The position numbers were made by a program, and so were the translations under genes. A stretch of 64,000 bases of DNA from an uncultured Blastochloridaceae bacterium (GTDB taxonomy: Bacteria; Verrucomicrobiota; Verrucomicrobiia; Methylacidiphilales; JBCBYL01), in NCBI GenBank assembly GCA_964351865.1, contig CAYGPJ010000008.1:34853-98852 (forward strand), given 5' to 3'. The notes beneath the pieces are model-generated. The model saw only the letters and a list, made by a program, of their open reading frames with translations. It searched no databases and was not told the DNA's origin. Positions 41,946-51,448 of this stretch are shown here, piece after piece (positions within the stretch are counted from its first letter, which is position 1; each line of letters opens with the position of its first letter).

Positions 41946-42308
41946 ATGAAAGCTGTTAAAAACACAAGAAAAGCAAGCCGCAAGAGACTGCACGCACGGG
42001 TCCGCCGCAAGGTAAATGGCACGACTGAACGCTTACGCCTCAGCGTCTGTTTCACGGGTCAGCACATTTATGCCCAGTTGATCGATGACACGGAGCAGAA
42101 GACCATTGTCAGTGTTTCCACCACCGAAAAGGAATTGGCTGGAAAAAAACCGAACACCGCAGGTGCTCAAGAGGTAGGTAAATTACTGGCTGAAAGAGCC
42201 AAATCTAAAAAAGTGGAAAACGTGGTCTTTGACCGTGGCGGTTTTCGTTACACTGGAAAAGTAAAAGCACTCGCGGACGCCGCACGTGAAGCTGGACTCA
42301 AATTCTAA
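41946..42308 (+). CDS. rplR: 50S ribosomal protein L18
   Basis: 120 aa. [18 protein letters not shown]...[28 protein letters not shown]. Confidence 0.96.
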   Translation: MKAVKNTRKASRKRLHARVRRKVNGTTERLRLSVCFTGQHIYAQLIDDTEQKTIVSVSTTEKELAGKKPNTAGAQEVGKLLAERAKSKKVENVVFDRGGFRYTGKVKALADAAREAGLKF

Positions 42309-42315
42309 TATTATT

Positions 42316-43002
42316 ATGGCTGAGGAAGAAATTAAAAAAACGAACGAAGCACCTGCTGCTTCAGAAAATACTGAGGCTCCGGCTGCACCTGCAGCTGCGG
42401 AAGCTCCTAAGGAAGCCGCTGCACCCGAGGCTGCCGCCGCTGAAGCGACTCCTGCTCCGGGCGGAAACGAACGCCGTTACGGTGGTGGCGGAGGGCATCG
42501 CCATAATAACCGTCGCTCACCCAAGCCAGCGCCGCGTCGTGAAGATGATGGCATCATGGAAAAAGTTCTCTTCATCAACCGTTGTGCCAAAGTGGTCAAA
42601 GGGGGACGTCGTTTCAGCTTTAGTGCGCTGGTCGTCGTCGGTGATGGCAGTGGCAAAGTAGGTATTGGTTTCGGCAAGGCAAACGAAGTTGCTGAATGCA
42701 TTCGCAAAGCCAACGAAACCGGTCGCCGTGAAATGGAATCCGTTAACTTGGTTAAAGACACCATCCCGCATGAAGTGATCGGTGAATTTGGTGGCAGTCG
42801 GGTGCTGATGCGTCCTGCGGCTCCCGGAACAGGCCTGATTGCTGGTGGAGGAGTTCGTGCCGTAGCTGAAGCTGCTGGCGTGAAAGATTTACTGGCTAAG
42901 TCGCTGGGATCATCCAATCCATCAAATGTAGCCAAGGCCGCATTGGAAGGACTGCGTCAGTTGACTTTAAAGGAAGAGATCCTGCAGGCTCGCGGTAAAT
43001 AA
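42316..43002 (+). CDS. rpsE: 30S ribosomal protein S5 with an Ala/Pro/Glu-rich N-terminal extension
   Basis: 228 aa from ATG 42316. The S5 core is [39 protein letters not shown]. It is preceded by about 70 aa of low-complexity sequence ([31 protein letters not shown]...). Confidence 0.95.
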   Translation: MAEEEIKKTNEAPAASENTEAPAAPAAAEAPKEAAAPEAAAAEATPAPGGNERRYGGGGGHRHNNRRSPKPAPRREDDGIMEKVLFINRCAKVVKGGRRFSFSALVVVGDGSGKVGIGFGKANEVAECIRKANETGRREMESVNLVKDTIPHEVIGEFGGSRVLMRPAAPGTGLIAGGGVRAVAEAAGVKDLLAKSLGSSNPSNVAKAALEGLRQLTLKEEILQARGK

Positions 43003-43039
43003 GTGAGTTGAGTTTTTAGTTTATTATTTGGAGAAAGAT

Positions 43040-43492
43040 ATGCAATTACATGATTTAAAACCACGTCCCGGAGCTAAACACTCCCACAAACGACTCGGCT
43101 GCGGAGAAAGTTCCGGCCAGGGGAAAACCAGTGGTAAGGGGAATAAAGGGCAAAAGGCTCGTTCGGGAAGTGGAATTCGCGATGGATTTGAAGGCGGTCA
43201 GATGCCTATCTATCGTCGCCTGCCCAAACGCGGATTCAACAATAAGAACTTCAAAACCGTGTATGCTCCCGTAAATCTCGGAGCACTCGACATCTTTGAA
43301 GACGGTGCGACCGTCGATACTGAATCGCTGGAAGCTAAAGGCTTAATTGGTGGAACCTATGATGCAGTCAAACTGCTGGCTAAAGGGGAACTGACCAAAA
43401 AACTGACCATCAAGGTGGATGCTGCCAGTAAGTCAGCTGTCGAGAAAGCTGAGAAAGCCGGCGCAACGCTGGAACTGGCTACCGCGAAATAA
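43040..43492 (+). CDS. rplO: 50S ribosomal protein L15
   Basis: 150 aa from ATG 43040 (MQLHDLKPRPGAKHSHKRLGCGESSGQGKTSGKGNKGQKARSG). Confidence 0.95.
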   Translation: MQLHDLKPRPGAKHSHKRLGCGESSGQGKTSGKGNKGQKARSGSGIRDGFEGGQMPIYRRLPKRGFNNKNFKTVYAPVNLGALDIFEDGATVDTESLEAKGLIGGTYDAVKLLAKGELTKKLTIKVDAASKSAVEKAEKAGATLELATAK

Positions 43493-43525
43493 CTCAGTCT
43501 GAATTTGTAAGTCTCCAAGATACTC

Positions 43526-45025
43526 ATGTTTTCCGCCTTCATCAATTGCTTCAAGATTCCTGAACTCCGTCAGCGCATTATTCTTACGCTGTCGCTGTTG
43601 GTCATCGTTCGTTTGGGAGCAGCCATTCCCGTGCCGGGTATCAATCCGGCAGTGCTCGGAGAATATTTTGCGACGGTGGTGAACACTTCCACTCAAGGAT
43701 CGGTTTTCGGCATGTTTAACCTGTTCAGTGGGGGAGCATTTAAAAATTGTGCGGTATTCTCGCTGACAATCATGCCTTACATCAGTGCCAGCATTATTAT
43801 GCAGTTGGCCACAGGGGTCATTCCCAGCCTCAGTAAATTGGCTCGCGAAGATGGGGGACGCCAGAAAATCACTCAAATCACTCGTGTCGGGACACTTATT
43901 CTTTGTCTGGTACAGGGATCGTTTCTGGCAACCGCTTTCTTAAATCCGACCCAACTCTTCCCTGGTATTGGGGAAGTTATGGCTGAAATGGGCCCATTGG
44001 TGGGCGGTAGCGAAGCGATGTTTGTCTTCACTACTATTATTACTTTAACGGCCGGAACGATGCTTTTGATGTGGTTGGGTGAACAAATTACCGACCGCGG
44101 AATCGGGAACGGAATTTCCCTCATTATTACGGTCGGTATCGTCGCCGAATTGCCCGCTGCTCTGGTAGCTGGTTGGCAGGTCTTCAATCCAAGTGCGGAA
44201 GCGGGTCAGGGTATTAGTCCTGTGATTATTGTGTTGCTGATTGCGTTTCTATTTGCGGTCGTTGCCGGAGCAGTTTCTATCACACAGGCCATGCGCAAAG
44301 TGCCGGTACAATATGCTCGCCAGGTGCGTGGTAACAAAGTTTATGGCGGCCAAAGCTCATATCTGCCATTGAAGGTCAACTATGCTGGTGTGATGCCAAT
44401 CATTTTTGCCAGCATGATTTTTGTTTTCATTGGCACCATGACCAGCTTTGTCTTCAAAAACTCTGAAGGAGCTTCCCGCTTCGTCTCTGCGATCAACGAT
44501 GGAACGCTTTATTACATTGTCTATGGCGGTTTGGTCTTTTTCTTTTCATATTTCTGGGTGGCAATGGTCTTTAATCCCAGTCAGATCGCGGATGACATGA
44601 AACGCAACGGAGGATTTGTGCCAGGTGTTCGCCCCGGAGATCCGACGGCACGTTTCCTTGACACCTCCATGACGCGCCTGACTTTTGCTGGTGCGGCATT
44701 CCTGACAATATTGGCGATTTTGCCTATGATGGTCAGTCGCATGCTGGAAGTGCCGATGATCACCTCCCAGTTTTTCGGGGGAACCGGATTGCTCATTATC
44801 GTGGGGGTCATGCTCGACACCATGCGCCAGATGGAAACTCATTTATTACAGCGTCACTATGATGGATTCCTGAAAAAGGGTAAAATCCGCGGACGTTCGT
44901 CAATGGGACCGACTGGAACCGGATCTGCAGATTCAGGTGATAAGACAGTTTGGTTGATTGCGCTGGTCGCTGTCATCATTATTGGTGGCATTGTAGCGGG
45001 AATTATCCGTGGATTAGGCGCTTGA
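43526..45025 (+). CDS. secY: preprotein translocase subunit SecY with a C-terminal extension containing an extra hydrophobic helix
   Basis: 499 aa. The SecY core runs up to ...LLQRHYDGFLKKG. About 45 extra residues follow, ending in TVWLIALVAVIIIGGIVAGIIRGLGA. Confidence 0.95.
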   Translation: MFSAFINCFKIPELRQRIILTLSLLVIVRLGAAIPVPGINPAVLGEYFATVVNTSTQGSVFGMFNLFSGGAFKNCAVFSLTIMPYISASIIMQLATGVIPSLSKLAREDGGRQKITQITRVGTLILCLVQGSFLATAFLNPTQLFPGIGEVMAEMGPLVGGSEAMFVFTTIITLTAGTMLLMWLGEQITDRGIGNGISLIITVGIVAELPAALVAGWQVFNPSAEAGQGISPVIIVLLIAFLFAVVAGAVSITQAMRKVPVQYARQVRGNKVYGGQSSYLPLKVNYAGVMPIIFASMIFVFIGTMTSFVFKNSEGASRFVSAINDGTLYYIVYGGLVFFFSYFWVAMVFNPSQIADDMKRNGGFVPGVRPGDPTARFLDTSMTRLTFAGAAFLTILAILPMMVSRMLEVPMITSQFFGGTGLLIIVGVMLDTMRQMETHLLQRHYDGFLKKGKIRGRSSMGPTGTGSADSGDKTVWLIALVAVIIIGGIVAGIIRGLGA

Positions 45026-45225
45026 GTAATTTTGGATTAAAGCAAAAAGTTTATAAATAGTTCCGCTTGAAGGCCCAGGGAGTTGAATCTCACAGCCGGA
45101 AAGCGGTTGAAAATAAAGTTAAAGTAGGGCTGATAAGGTCTTGCAAGGGGAGAAAGCATTGATATTGTTTCCGCCCCACAATTTATCTGGAGATTGGAAA
45201 GCCAGTCTCAAATTGGAGAAGAAAA

Positions 45226-45342
45226 ATGAAAGTTAAAGCTTCAGTACGTAGAAGAACATCAGACTGCCAGGTGGTTCGCCGCCATGGGAAAGTCTACATT
45301 ATTAACAAGAAGAACCCGCGCTTAAAGCAGCGGCAAGGATAA
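45226..45342 (+). CDS. rpmJ: 50S ribosomal protein L36 (38 aa), Cys-poor (non-zinc) form, below the ORF-track cutoff
   Basis: Hand translation gives [44 protein letters not shown] Shine-Dalgarno sequence lies 7 nt upstream. This is the classical position before rpsM. Confidence 0.9.
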   Translation: MKVKASVRRRTSDCQVVRRHGKVYIINKKNPRLKQRQG

Positions 45343-45346
45343 GGTT

Positions 45347-45742
45347 ATGCCACGAATTATTGGAGTAGATATTCCCGGAGACAAGAAGCTATTGGCTTCC
45401 TTACAATACCTCTATGGGGTTGGACCGACACGGGCCAAAGAAATTTTAGAAGAAGCAGAACTTGACCCGAATATGCGGGCTAAGGAAATGAATGACCAGC
45501 AGGTAAACCTCGTCATTCAGATTATGCAGAATCGCGGTTTCCTGATCGAAGGTGACCTGCGTCGCGAAATTCAACAGAATCTTAAACGCCTCCAGGCGAT
45601 TAACTGCTACCGCGGTATTCGTCATAAACGTGGCATGCCCGTTCGTGGGCAGAGAACCTCCACCAATGCCCGTACCCGCAAAGGCGCTCGCCGGACCGTC
45701 GGTGTTGTCAGAAACAAGAACGCCAAATCCGGTAAAGTCTAA
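45347..45742 (+). CDS. rpsM: 30S ribosomal protein S13
   Basis: 131 aa. [14 protein letters not shown]...[12 protein letters not shown]...[18 protein letters not shown]. Confidence 0.97.
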   Translation: MPRIIGVDIPGDKKLLASLQYLYGVGPTRAKEILEEAELDPNMRAKEMNDQQVNLVIQIMQNRGFLIEGDLRREIQQNLKRLQAINCYRGIRHKRGMPVRGQRTSTNARTRKGARRTVGVVRNKNAKSGKV

Positions 45743-45772
45743 ACTTAGACATTAGAGAATAAGGAATTAATC

Positions 45773-46252
45773 ATGCCTGAAAAAAAGAAAACAGAGGCTA
45801 AAAAAGCCCCCGCTAAAAAGACGGAAGAATCCACTCCTTCCATCAGTTTGAGCCTCGATGCAGAAATCGAAATCCCTAAGATTGTTAAAGCTAAAGGAAG
45901 TAAGAATGTTACTCATGGCATCGCACATGTGCTGGCCTCCTTTAACAATACGATTGTGACGATCTCGGATCGTGGTGGTAATGTGCTGGGTTGGTCCAGT
46001 GCGGGTAAAATGGGATTCCGTGGTTCCAAAAAATCTACCGCTTATGTGGCACAGGTGATCGCACAGGATGCGACCAAGCAAGCTATGGCACATGGTTTAA
46101 AAGAAGTTGAAGTTCGCCTCAAGGGGCCGGGCAACGGACGTGAGTCTGCTGTTCGTGCCTTTCAGGCAATGGGTATTGAAGTGTCCTCCATCACGGATGT
46201 GACTCCCATTCCTCACAATGGCTGCCGTTTACGTAAAGCGCGCCGCGTCTAA
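45773..46252 (+). CDS. rpsK: 30S ribosomal protein S11 (Lys-rich N-terminal extension)
   Basis: 159 aa. [30 protein letters not shown]...[16 protein letters not shown]. Confidence 0.96.
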   Translation: MPEKKKTEAKKAPAKKTEESTPSISLSLDAEIEIPKIVKAKGSKNVTHGIAHVLASFNNTIVTISDRGGNVLGWSSAGKMGFRGSKKSTAYVAQVIAQDATKQAMAHGLKEVEVRLKGPGNGRESAVRAFQAMGIEVSSITDVTPIPHNGCRLRKARRV

Positions 46253-46275
46253 TTCAGAATCAGGAAATATATATT

Positions 46276-46884
46276 ATGGCTCGTTACACAGGTCCTCGCA
46301 GTAAAATCAGTCGTCGCTTCGGAGCTCCGCTCTTCGATGATGAAAAAGTTTTAGAACGTCGCCCGACACCTCCAGGTGTTCATGGCGCCAAGCGCCAGCG
46401 CAAAAAATCGGACTACGGTTTAGCGCTGGCTGAAAAGCAGAAGCTTAAGTTCATGTACGGTGTGCTTGAAAAACAGTTCCGTCGTTATTTCGATATCGCA
46501 CTTCGTCGTCGTGGCGTCACAGGGGAATCCTTACTGCAGTTGCTGGAGCAACGCCTGGACAACATGGTTTACCGCTTCGGCTTTGCTACGTCGCGTCGCG
46601 GAGCACGCCAGATGGTGACCCATGGACATATTCTGGTGAATGGCAAAAAAGTAGATATTGCCAGTTATTCTTGCCGTCAGGGCGATGTGGTAGAAGTTCG
46701 CAATAATGCGAAGTCACGCCAACTCGCTACAATGGCACTGGAAGCCAATTCGTTGGGAGAAGTCTCCGAATGGTTGACCCTGGAAAAAGAGGAATTCAAA
46801 GGAACGGTTGCACGCATCCCGACACGCGATGAAATAGCACCGATCGTTAACGAACGTCTCGTCGTTGAGCTTTGCTCACGTTAA
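46276..46884 (+). CDS. rpsD: 30S ribosomal protein S4
   Basis: 202 aa. MARYTGPRSKISRRFG...LLEQRLDNMVYRFGFA...HGHILVNGKKVDIASY. Confidence 0.97.
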   Translation: MARYTGPRSKISRRFGAPLFDDEKVLERRPTPPGVHGAKRQRKKSDYGLALAEKQKLKFMYGVLEKQFRRYFDIALRRRGVTGESLLQLLEQRLDNMVYRFGFATSRRGARQMVTHGHILVNGKKVDIASYSCRQGDVVEVRNNAKSRQLATMALEANSLGEVSEWLTLEKEEFKGTVARIPTRDEIAPIVNERLVVELCSR

Positions 46885-46976
46885 TTATTTTAACATTAAA
46901 CAATTAAGGTCGTTGGTCCTGCGCCGCCTGTCGCGGATAGCAGGGGAACCCGGCCGATTATAGGAAACACGTCATC

Positions 46977-47996
46977 ATGGCAATTAGATTAGGTAGATTC
47001 GAGCTGCCGAACCGGCTTGAAAAAGTTGAAGATTCGGCAACTGACACATACGCAAAATTCGTCGCAGAACCGTTTGAGGCGGGCTACGGTCATACGCTGG
47101 GAAATTCTCTGCGTCGGGTACTGATGAGCTCACTGGAAGGTGCTGCTATCTCCTCGATTAAGATCGAAGGCGCTCAACACGAGTTCAGTTCACTTCCCGG
47201 TGTGCTGCAGGATGTGACAGACATTATTCTCAACCTGAAGAAAGTTAAATTTAAAGTAGCCGATCGTGAATCGCGCATGCTCTTCATTAACGTGAAGAAA
47301 GAGGGCGATGTCACTGCGGGCGACATTCAACTCGAAACAGGAGTTGAAGTGGTTAACCCGGATCAGATCATTTGCACTTTGGACAAAGAGCAGAAATTTG
47401 AAGCAGAACTCGAAATCAAAGTTGGACGTGGTTATGCTTCTGGTGAGGAAAACAAGCGTGAAGAACAACCGATTGGTGTTATTGCGATCGATTCCCTCTT
47501 TTCACCAGTCACACGAGTTAAATACGACGTATCTGACACTCGTGTTGGAATGGTGACGGATTACGATAAGCTAAATCTTGAAATCTGGACCGATGGTCGA
47601 CTGACTCCTGATGAAGCTTTGCTGCAGGCATCAGCCATTCTCAAACACCATCTCGACATCTTTGTCGACTTCGATAAAGAGCCGGTTGAATTTGAAGAGC
47701 AGGAAGAGAAGTCTTCGACTCAGGACAGCGCTCTGAAGAAACTGTTGAATATGAGTGTCAACGAAATCGAGCTTTCGGTGCGTGCTGCTAACTGCCTCAA
47801 CAACGCCAACATCACTACGGTGGGACAACTGGCCATGAAGTCAGAAGCAGAAATGCTCAAATATAGAAACTTCGGTAAGAAGTCTCTCAATGAAATCAAA
47901 GACAAGCTTTCCCAGCTCGGACTCTCACTTGGTATGAAGTTCGAAGAAGGACTGGTAGACCTGCCTCAAGAAGATGAGGCAGCATTAGCTGAATAA
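46977..47996 (+). CDS. rpoA: DNA-directed RNA polymerase subunit alpha
   Basis: 339 aa. EPFEAGYGHTLGNSLRRVLMSSLEG...C-terminal domain ELSVRAANCLNNANITTVGQL. Confidence 0.97.
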   Translation: MAIRLGRFELPNRLEKVEDSATDTYAKFVAEPFEAGYGHTLGNSLRRVLMSSLEGAAISSIKIEGAQHEFSSLPGVLQDVTDIILNLKKVKFKVADRESRMLFINVKKEGDVTAGDIQLETGVEVVNPDQIICTLDKEQKFEAELEIKVGRGYASGEENKREEQPIGVIAIDSLFSPVTRVKYDVSDTRVGMVTDYDKLNLEIWTDGRLTPDEALLQASAILKHHLDIFVDFDKEPVEFEEQEEKSSTQDSALKKLLNMSVNEIELSVRAANCLNNANITTVGQLAMKSEAEMLKYRNFGKKSLNEIKDKLSQLGLSLGMKFEEGLVDLPQEDEAALAE

Positions 47997-48012
47997 TTAG
48001 GAAATCTCGAAA

Positions 48013-48501
48013 ATGAGACATCGTAAAAGAACATTAAAATTAGGTCGTAGCACAGATCACCGCGAGGCGATGCTGGCCAATATGACCTGTAGTCTGATCA
48101 ATCATAACCGCATTAAGACGACTTTGGCTAAAGCTAAAGCATTACGGCCGTATGCGGAAAAAATGGTCACCCTCGGTAAAAAGGGATCACTACATGATCG
48201 TCGTATCGCGATAGCCCGTCTGGATGGCAAAGTGGATGAAGTTCAGAAACTATTCTCCGAAATTGCTCCTCGATTTAAGGATCGTGAGGGCGGTTACACG
48301 CGCATTCTGAAGATTGGACCACGTCAGTCGGATGCCTCGTTTATGGCCTATATCGAATGGGTTGAAGCGGCACCAACGGCAGCTGCTGAACCAGCTCCTA
48401 AAGAAAAGGCAGCTACATCCAAGCCTGCTGCCAAGGAAGCGGCAGAGCCGGAAGCAAAAGGTGAAGAAGCCGCTGCTGATCCGAAGGAAGAAAAAAGCTA
48501 A
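48013..48501 (+). CDS. rplQ: 50S ribosomal protein L17 with an Ala/Pro/Glu/Lys-rich C-terminal tail
   Basis: 162 aa. [24 protein letters not shown]...[15 protein letters not shown], then the tail [44 protein letters not shown]. Confidence 0.95.
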   Translation: MRHRKRTLKLGRSTDHREAMLANMTCSLINHNRIKTTLAKAKALRPYAEKMVTLGKKGSLHDRRIAIARLDGKVDEVQKLFSEIAPRFKDREGGYTRILKIGPRQSDASFMAYIEWVEAAPTAAAEPAPKEKAATSKPAAKEAAEPEAKGEEAAADPKEEKS

Positions 48502-48530
48502 TAAGCTTTTTCTGATTTAAAAAATTTAAC

Positions 48531-48565
48531 CGGCTGATGGATTAAAAACCATCAGCCGTTTTTTT
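48531..48565 (+). terminator. rho-independent terminator after rplQ
   Basis: cggctgatgg-attaaaaa-ccatcagccg is a 10-bp stem followed by ttttttt. Confidence 0.8.
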
Positions 48566-48669
48566 GGGGAAGAGTGATGGGCACTTACATAAGAGTTTCC
48601 CTGGTAGCTCGTCGGAGTGTGACCATCGCGAGTCTACGACATTCTGTATCGAGTCACCGAAGCGCTGAA

Positions 48670-48757
48670 CAATAGGGGACGGAGTAATTTTTTCCTGTCA
48701 CCCTATTTTAAAACAGCCATACCGCTTGCACGGAAAATATTACTCCGTCCCCTATTG
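48670..48757. repeat. 19-bp inverted repeat with a GGGGACGGAG core
   Basis: caataggggacggagtaat (48670-48688) pairs with attactccgtcccctattg (48739-48757). The same core is found as inverted pairs at 51318-51361 and 60373-60423, and as a single copy at about 48931-48945. Confidence 0.75.
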
Positions 48758-48951
48758 TGGGCCACCTTCATCAATGTTAATATAATTCGAAAACGTTTTA
48801 TGAAAAAAGGGCACTACACTACGGTTTGACTCAGATGGTCGGAGTTCATTCTCAATAGTCCTGTTTTACAGGGTGTATTGGCCCGGAGGGCAAATGGTGC
48901 GCGCAATGTTCCGGCTCACTCAAATGAGTGCCTCCGTCCCGAATTTGCTTT

Positions 48952-49533
48952 TTACTTCAACTCACGATTGTAGATTTCTTCCAGATTCTCGTTGTTGATG
49001 TTGACGGTGATGTTTTGGTCGAAAGCTTTGACCGAAACCGGAATCAGCCAGTAACCTGCGGCGTAACGACTCTTGTACTGCCCGTAAATACGGTATTTAC
49101 CCTCTGGAACGCCGGTAAAGGTGAATTTACCTTGCGCATCACAGGTTGTTTTCTGAACAGCCTGTTGGCTGGCAAAGTAGCCGATGGCGTTTAAATCCAG
49201 ATAATAGTACCCTGCATTGAACTTTAAACGGGAAGCGGAATCCAGCCAGCGTTCGTTGCGGATCTTCTTTAGTTCCTCGACCGAAGTTTCTGGAATCAGA
49301 GCTAATCCCATACCCTTGAGGTATTGGTTGACGCCAATGCGAAGTTCGATGGTAGCTTGCCCGCTGATCTCAGCTCCTACCTTGGCAGCTGGTGCAGTTT
49401 CAGGCTCGGATGGTTCAGCCGAAGCTTCAGGTTTGGCCATGCAGGAGACGGTGAGCATCGCAAGTGCTAACGGTAAAATGAAAAGTCGTCTCATCCAAAG
49501 TCTGAATGCGTGTTTCATAATTACATTATGCAC
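48952..49533 (-). CDS. secreted protein with a carboxypeptidase-regulatory-like (CarboxypepD_reg) beta-sandwich segment
   Basis: 193 aa. Signal peptide [41 protein letters not shown] is typical of CarboxypepD_reg-like domains. Confidence 0.5.
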   Translation of the reverse strand: MHNVIMKHAFRLWMRRLFILPLALAMLTVSCMAKPEASAEPSEPETAPAAKVGAEISGQATIELRIGVNQYLKGMGLALIPETSVEELKKIRNERWLDSASRLKFNAGYYYLDLNAIGYFASQQAVQKTTCDAQGKFTFTGVPEGKYRIYGQYKSRYAAGYWLIPVSVKAFDQNITVNINNENLEEIYNRELK

Positions 49534-49580
49534 CTAGATGGGGTTGTGTCCAATGGACAAATGACTATGATAGTGGTGAT

Positions 49581-50693
49581 ATGGATCCAAGATACAATGA
49601 TTTAGCAAAGGGGCTCGCTGGATACTCGGTTGAAGTCGAGCCGGGCGAGAAGGTTTTAATTGATGCATTTGATATTCCGGAAGAGATGGTCATCGCGTTG
49701 GTGCGGGCTGTCAGAAAGCGCAAAGGTATTCCTTATGTGCAATTGCAGTCCGCTCGTGTAAATCGGGAAATCCTGCTGAATGCGGAATCCGAACGTTGGG
49801 ATTTTCTGAAGCGGATTGAACTGGCACGAATGAAAGGGATGCAGGGATACATCGCTTTACGCGGGTCACATAATATCTTTGAATCCAATGATGTGCCGCC
49901 ATCGAAAATGGCAGAAGCCTTGAAGAAAATGCGCCCGGTGCAGAACTATCGCGTTAATGAAACTAAATGGGTGGTGCTGCGTTGGCCGACCTCCGCGATG
50001 GCGCAGCAGGCGGGAATGAGCTCCGAAGCTTTTGAGGATTTTTATTTCCGAGTTTGTACGCTCGATTACCGCAAGATGGAGAAAGGATCTAATGCCTTGA
50101 AGGAACTGATGGATAAAACGGATCGGGTTCACCTGAAAGGCCCCGGCACCGATCTGAAGTTTTCCATTAAGGGAATTGGAGGAGCGATCTGCACTGGCAA
50201 ACGCAATATTCCGGATGGTGAAGTCTTTTCCTGTCCCGTTCGTGACTCGGTCGTTGGGGAACTGCAATACAACGTCCCTACGGTGTATCAGGGCGTCAAT
50301 TTTGAGAATGTAAAACTGACCTTTGAAAAAGGGAAAATTATTAAGGCGACTTCCAATAACAGCAAGCGTCTCAACCAGATTCTGGATTCCGACGAAGGTT
50401 CGCGTTATATCGGCGAATTCAGCCTTGGATTTAATCCACACATTCAGCAGCCCATGCGGGACATTCTGTTTGACGAAAAAATTGCAGGATCGTTCCACTT
50501 CACCCCGGGCCAAGCCTACGAAGAGACCGACAATGGCAATCGCTCACAAGTGCATTGGGATATGGTCTGTATCCAACGCAAAGATTATGGTGGGGGAGAG
50601 GTCTGGTTCGACGATCAGTTGATCCGAAAGGACGGCTTATTTCTGCCTAAAAATCTACAAAGTCTGAATCCGAAGCATTTGCTGAAGAAATAG
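49581..50693 (+). CDS. aminopeptidase, peptidase family M29 (AmpS/PepS-like)
   Basis: 370 aa. The N-terminal [31 protein letters not shown] and HFTPGQAY...HWDMV fit the M29 pattern. Confidence 0.75.
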   Translation: MDPRYNDLAKGLAGYSVEVEPGEKVLIDAFDIPEEMVIALVRAVRKRKGIPYVQLQSARVNREILLNAESERWDFLKRIELARMKGMQGYIALRGSHNIFESNDVPPSKMAEALKKMRPVQNYRVNETKWVVLRWPTSAMAQQAGMSSEAFEDFYFRVCTLDYRKMEKGSNALKELMDKTDRVHLKGPGTDLKFSIKGIGGAICTGKRNIPDGEVFSCPVRDSVVGELQYNVPTVYQGVNFENVKLTFEKGKIIKATSNNSKRLNQILDSDEGSRYIGEFSLGFNPHIQQPMRDILFDEKIAGSFHFTPGQAYEETDNGNRSQVHWDMVCIQRKDYGGGEVWFDDQLIRKDGLFLPKNLQSLNPKHLLKK

Positions 50694-50709
50694 CTTCTTA
50701 TTAGATCCG

Positions 50710-51150
50710 TTACTTTTCCAGTTCCAGAATCTTGCTCATACGGCGCTGGTGGCGGCCACCGGTGAATTCGGTGGTGAGCCAGATTTTGATGAAGGATTCT
50801 AACTGTTCCGGGCTGAATTCCTGACCGCCAAGGCACAGGACGTTCGAGTCGTGGTGTTCCCGCGTGTCGAGTGCGCTTTGTTCGTTGTATACCACCGCAC
50901 CTCGCACGCCAGTTACTTTGTTGGCGAGAATGCACATGCCGATGCCATTGTTACAGATGAGGATGGCGCGATCGACTTCACCTTGACCAACGGCCTGGGC
51001 CGCTGGCTTGCCGTAGTCGGGATAGTCGTCAGCGGGGTCCATTTCATTCGGGCCGAAATCAATGACCTCATGCCCCAATGCCTGAATCGACTGTGAAAGC
51101 CGAGCTTTGATCTCAAATCCCCCGTGATCAGCTGCAATTCCTATTTTCAT
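50710..51150 (-). CDS. rpiB: ribose-5-phosphate isomerase B (RpiB/LacA/LacB family)
   Basis: 146 aa. MKIGIAADHGGFEIK and ILICNNGIGMCILANK. Confidence 0.85.
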   Translation of the reverse strand: MKIGIAADHGGFEIKARLSQSIQALGHEVIDFGPNEMDPADDYPDYGKPAAQAVGQGEVDRAILICNNGIGMCILANKVTGVRGAVVYNEQSALDTREHHDSNVLCLGGQEFSPEQLESFIKIWLTTEFTGGRHQRRMSKILELEK

Positions 51151-51317
51151 CTTGGCTCTAAAATGCCTGTTCTCTGGTGCTAGACTAGTAAAATCTGAAA
51201 GTTGGCTGCGAATTGTATCGCGGTATTTTTTACTCTGTCGGGCAAAAATTCTTTTGTCTGGGCTGCCGGAATGAGGGCTAACGCATTTTTGGCACTACTG
51301 CTGCACGAGGACACCTT

Positions 51318-51361
51318 AAAAGGGACGGAGGAGTTCATGCATGAACTCCTCCGTCCCTTTT
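51318..51361 (-). terminator. perfect 44-nt palindrome; likely terminator of the nusA-infB-rbfA-oxidoreductase unit
   Basis: aaaagggacggaggagttcatg|catgaactcctccgtccctttt. It lies 3' of the minus-strand gene ending at 51449. Both sides have A/T runs, so it could act bidirectionally. It shares the GGGACGGAG core. Confidence 0.55.
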
Positions 51362-51448
51362 ATTCGACCACCCTATCAGACAGATTAAATACAAACCGCT
51401 CTATATGAGTCAGCAGATGGTTGGTACCCGCCAGTTCCCGCGTCATGG

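Noticed and set aside
48566-48951. Possibility that the ORF-free region after rplQ encodes tmRNA, RNase P RNA, SRP RNA or 6S RNA
   Set aside because: I found none of the expected landmarks:
- No tRNA-like T-loop/acceptor end or tag reading frame (tmRNA).
- No GAGGAAAGTCC-type P4 sequence (RNase P).
- No SRP domain IV motif.
The repeats explain the structure better.
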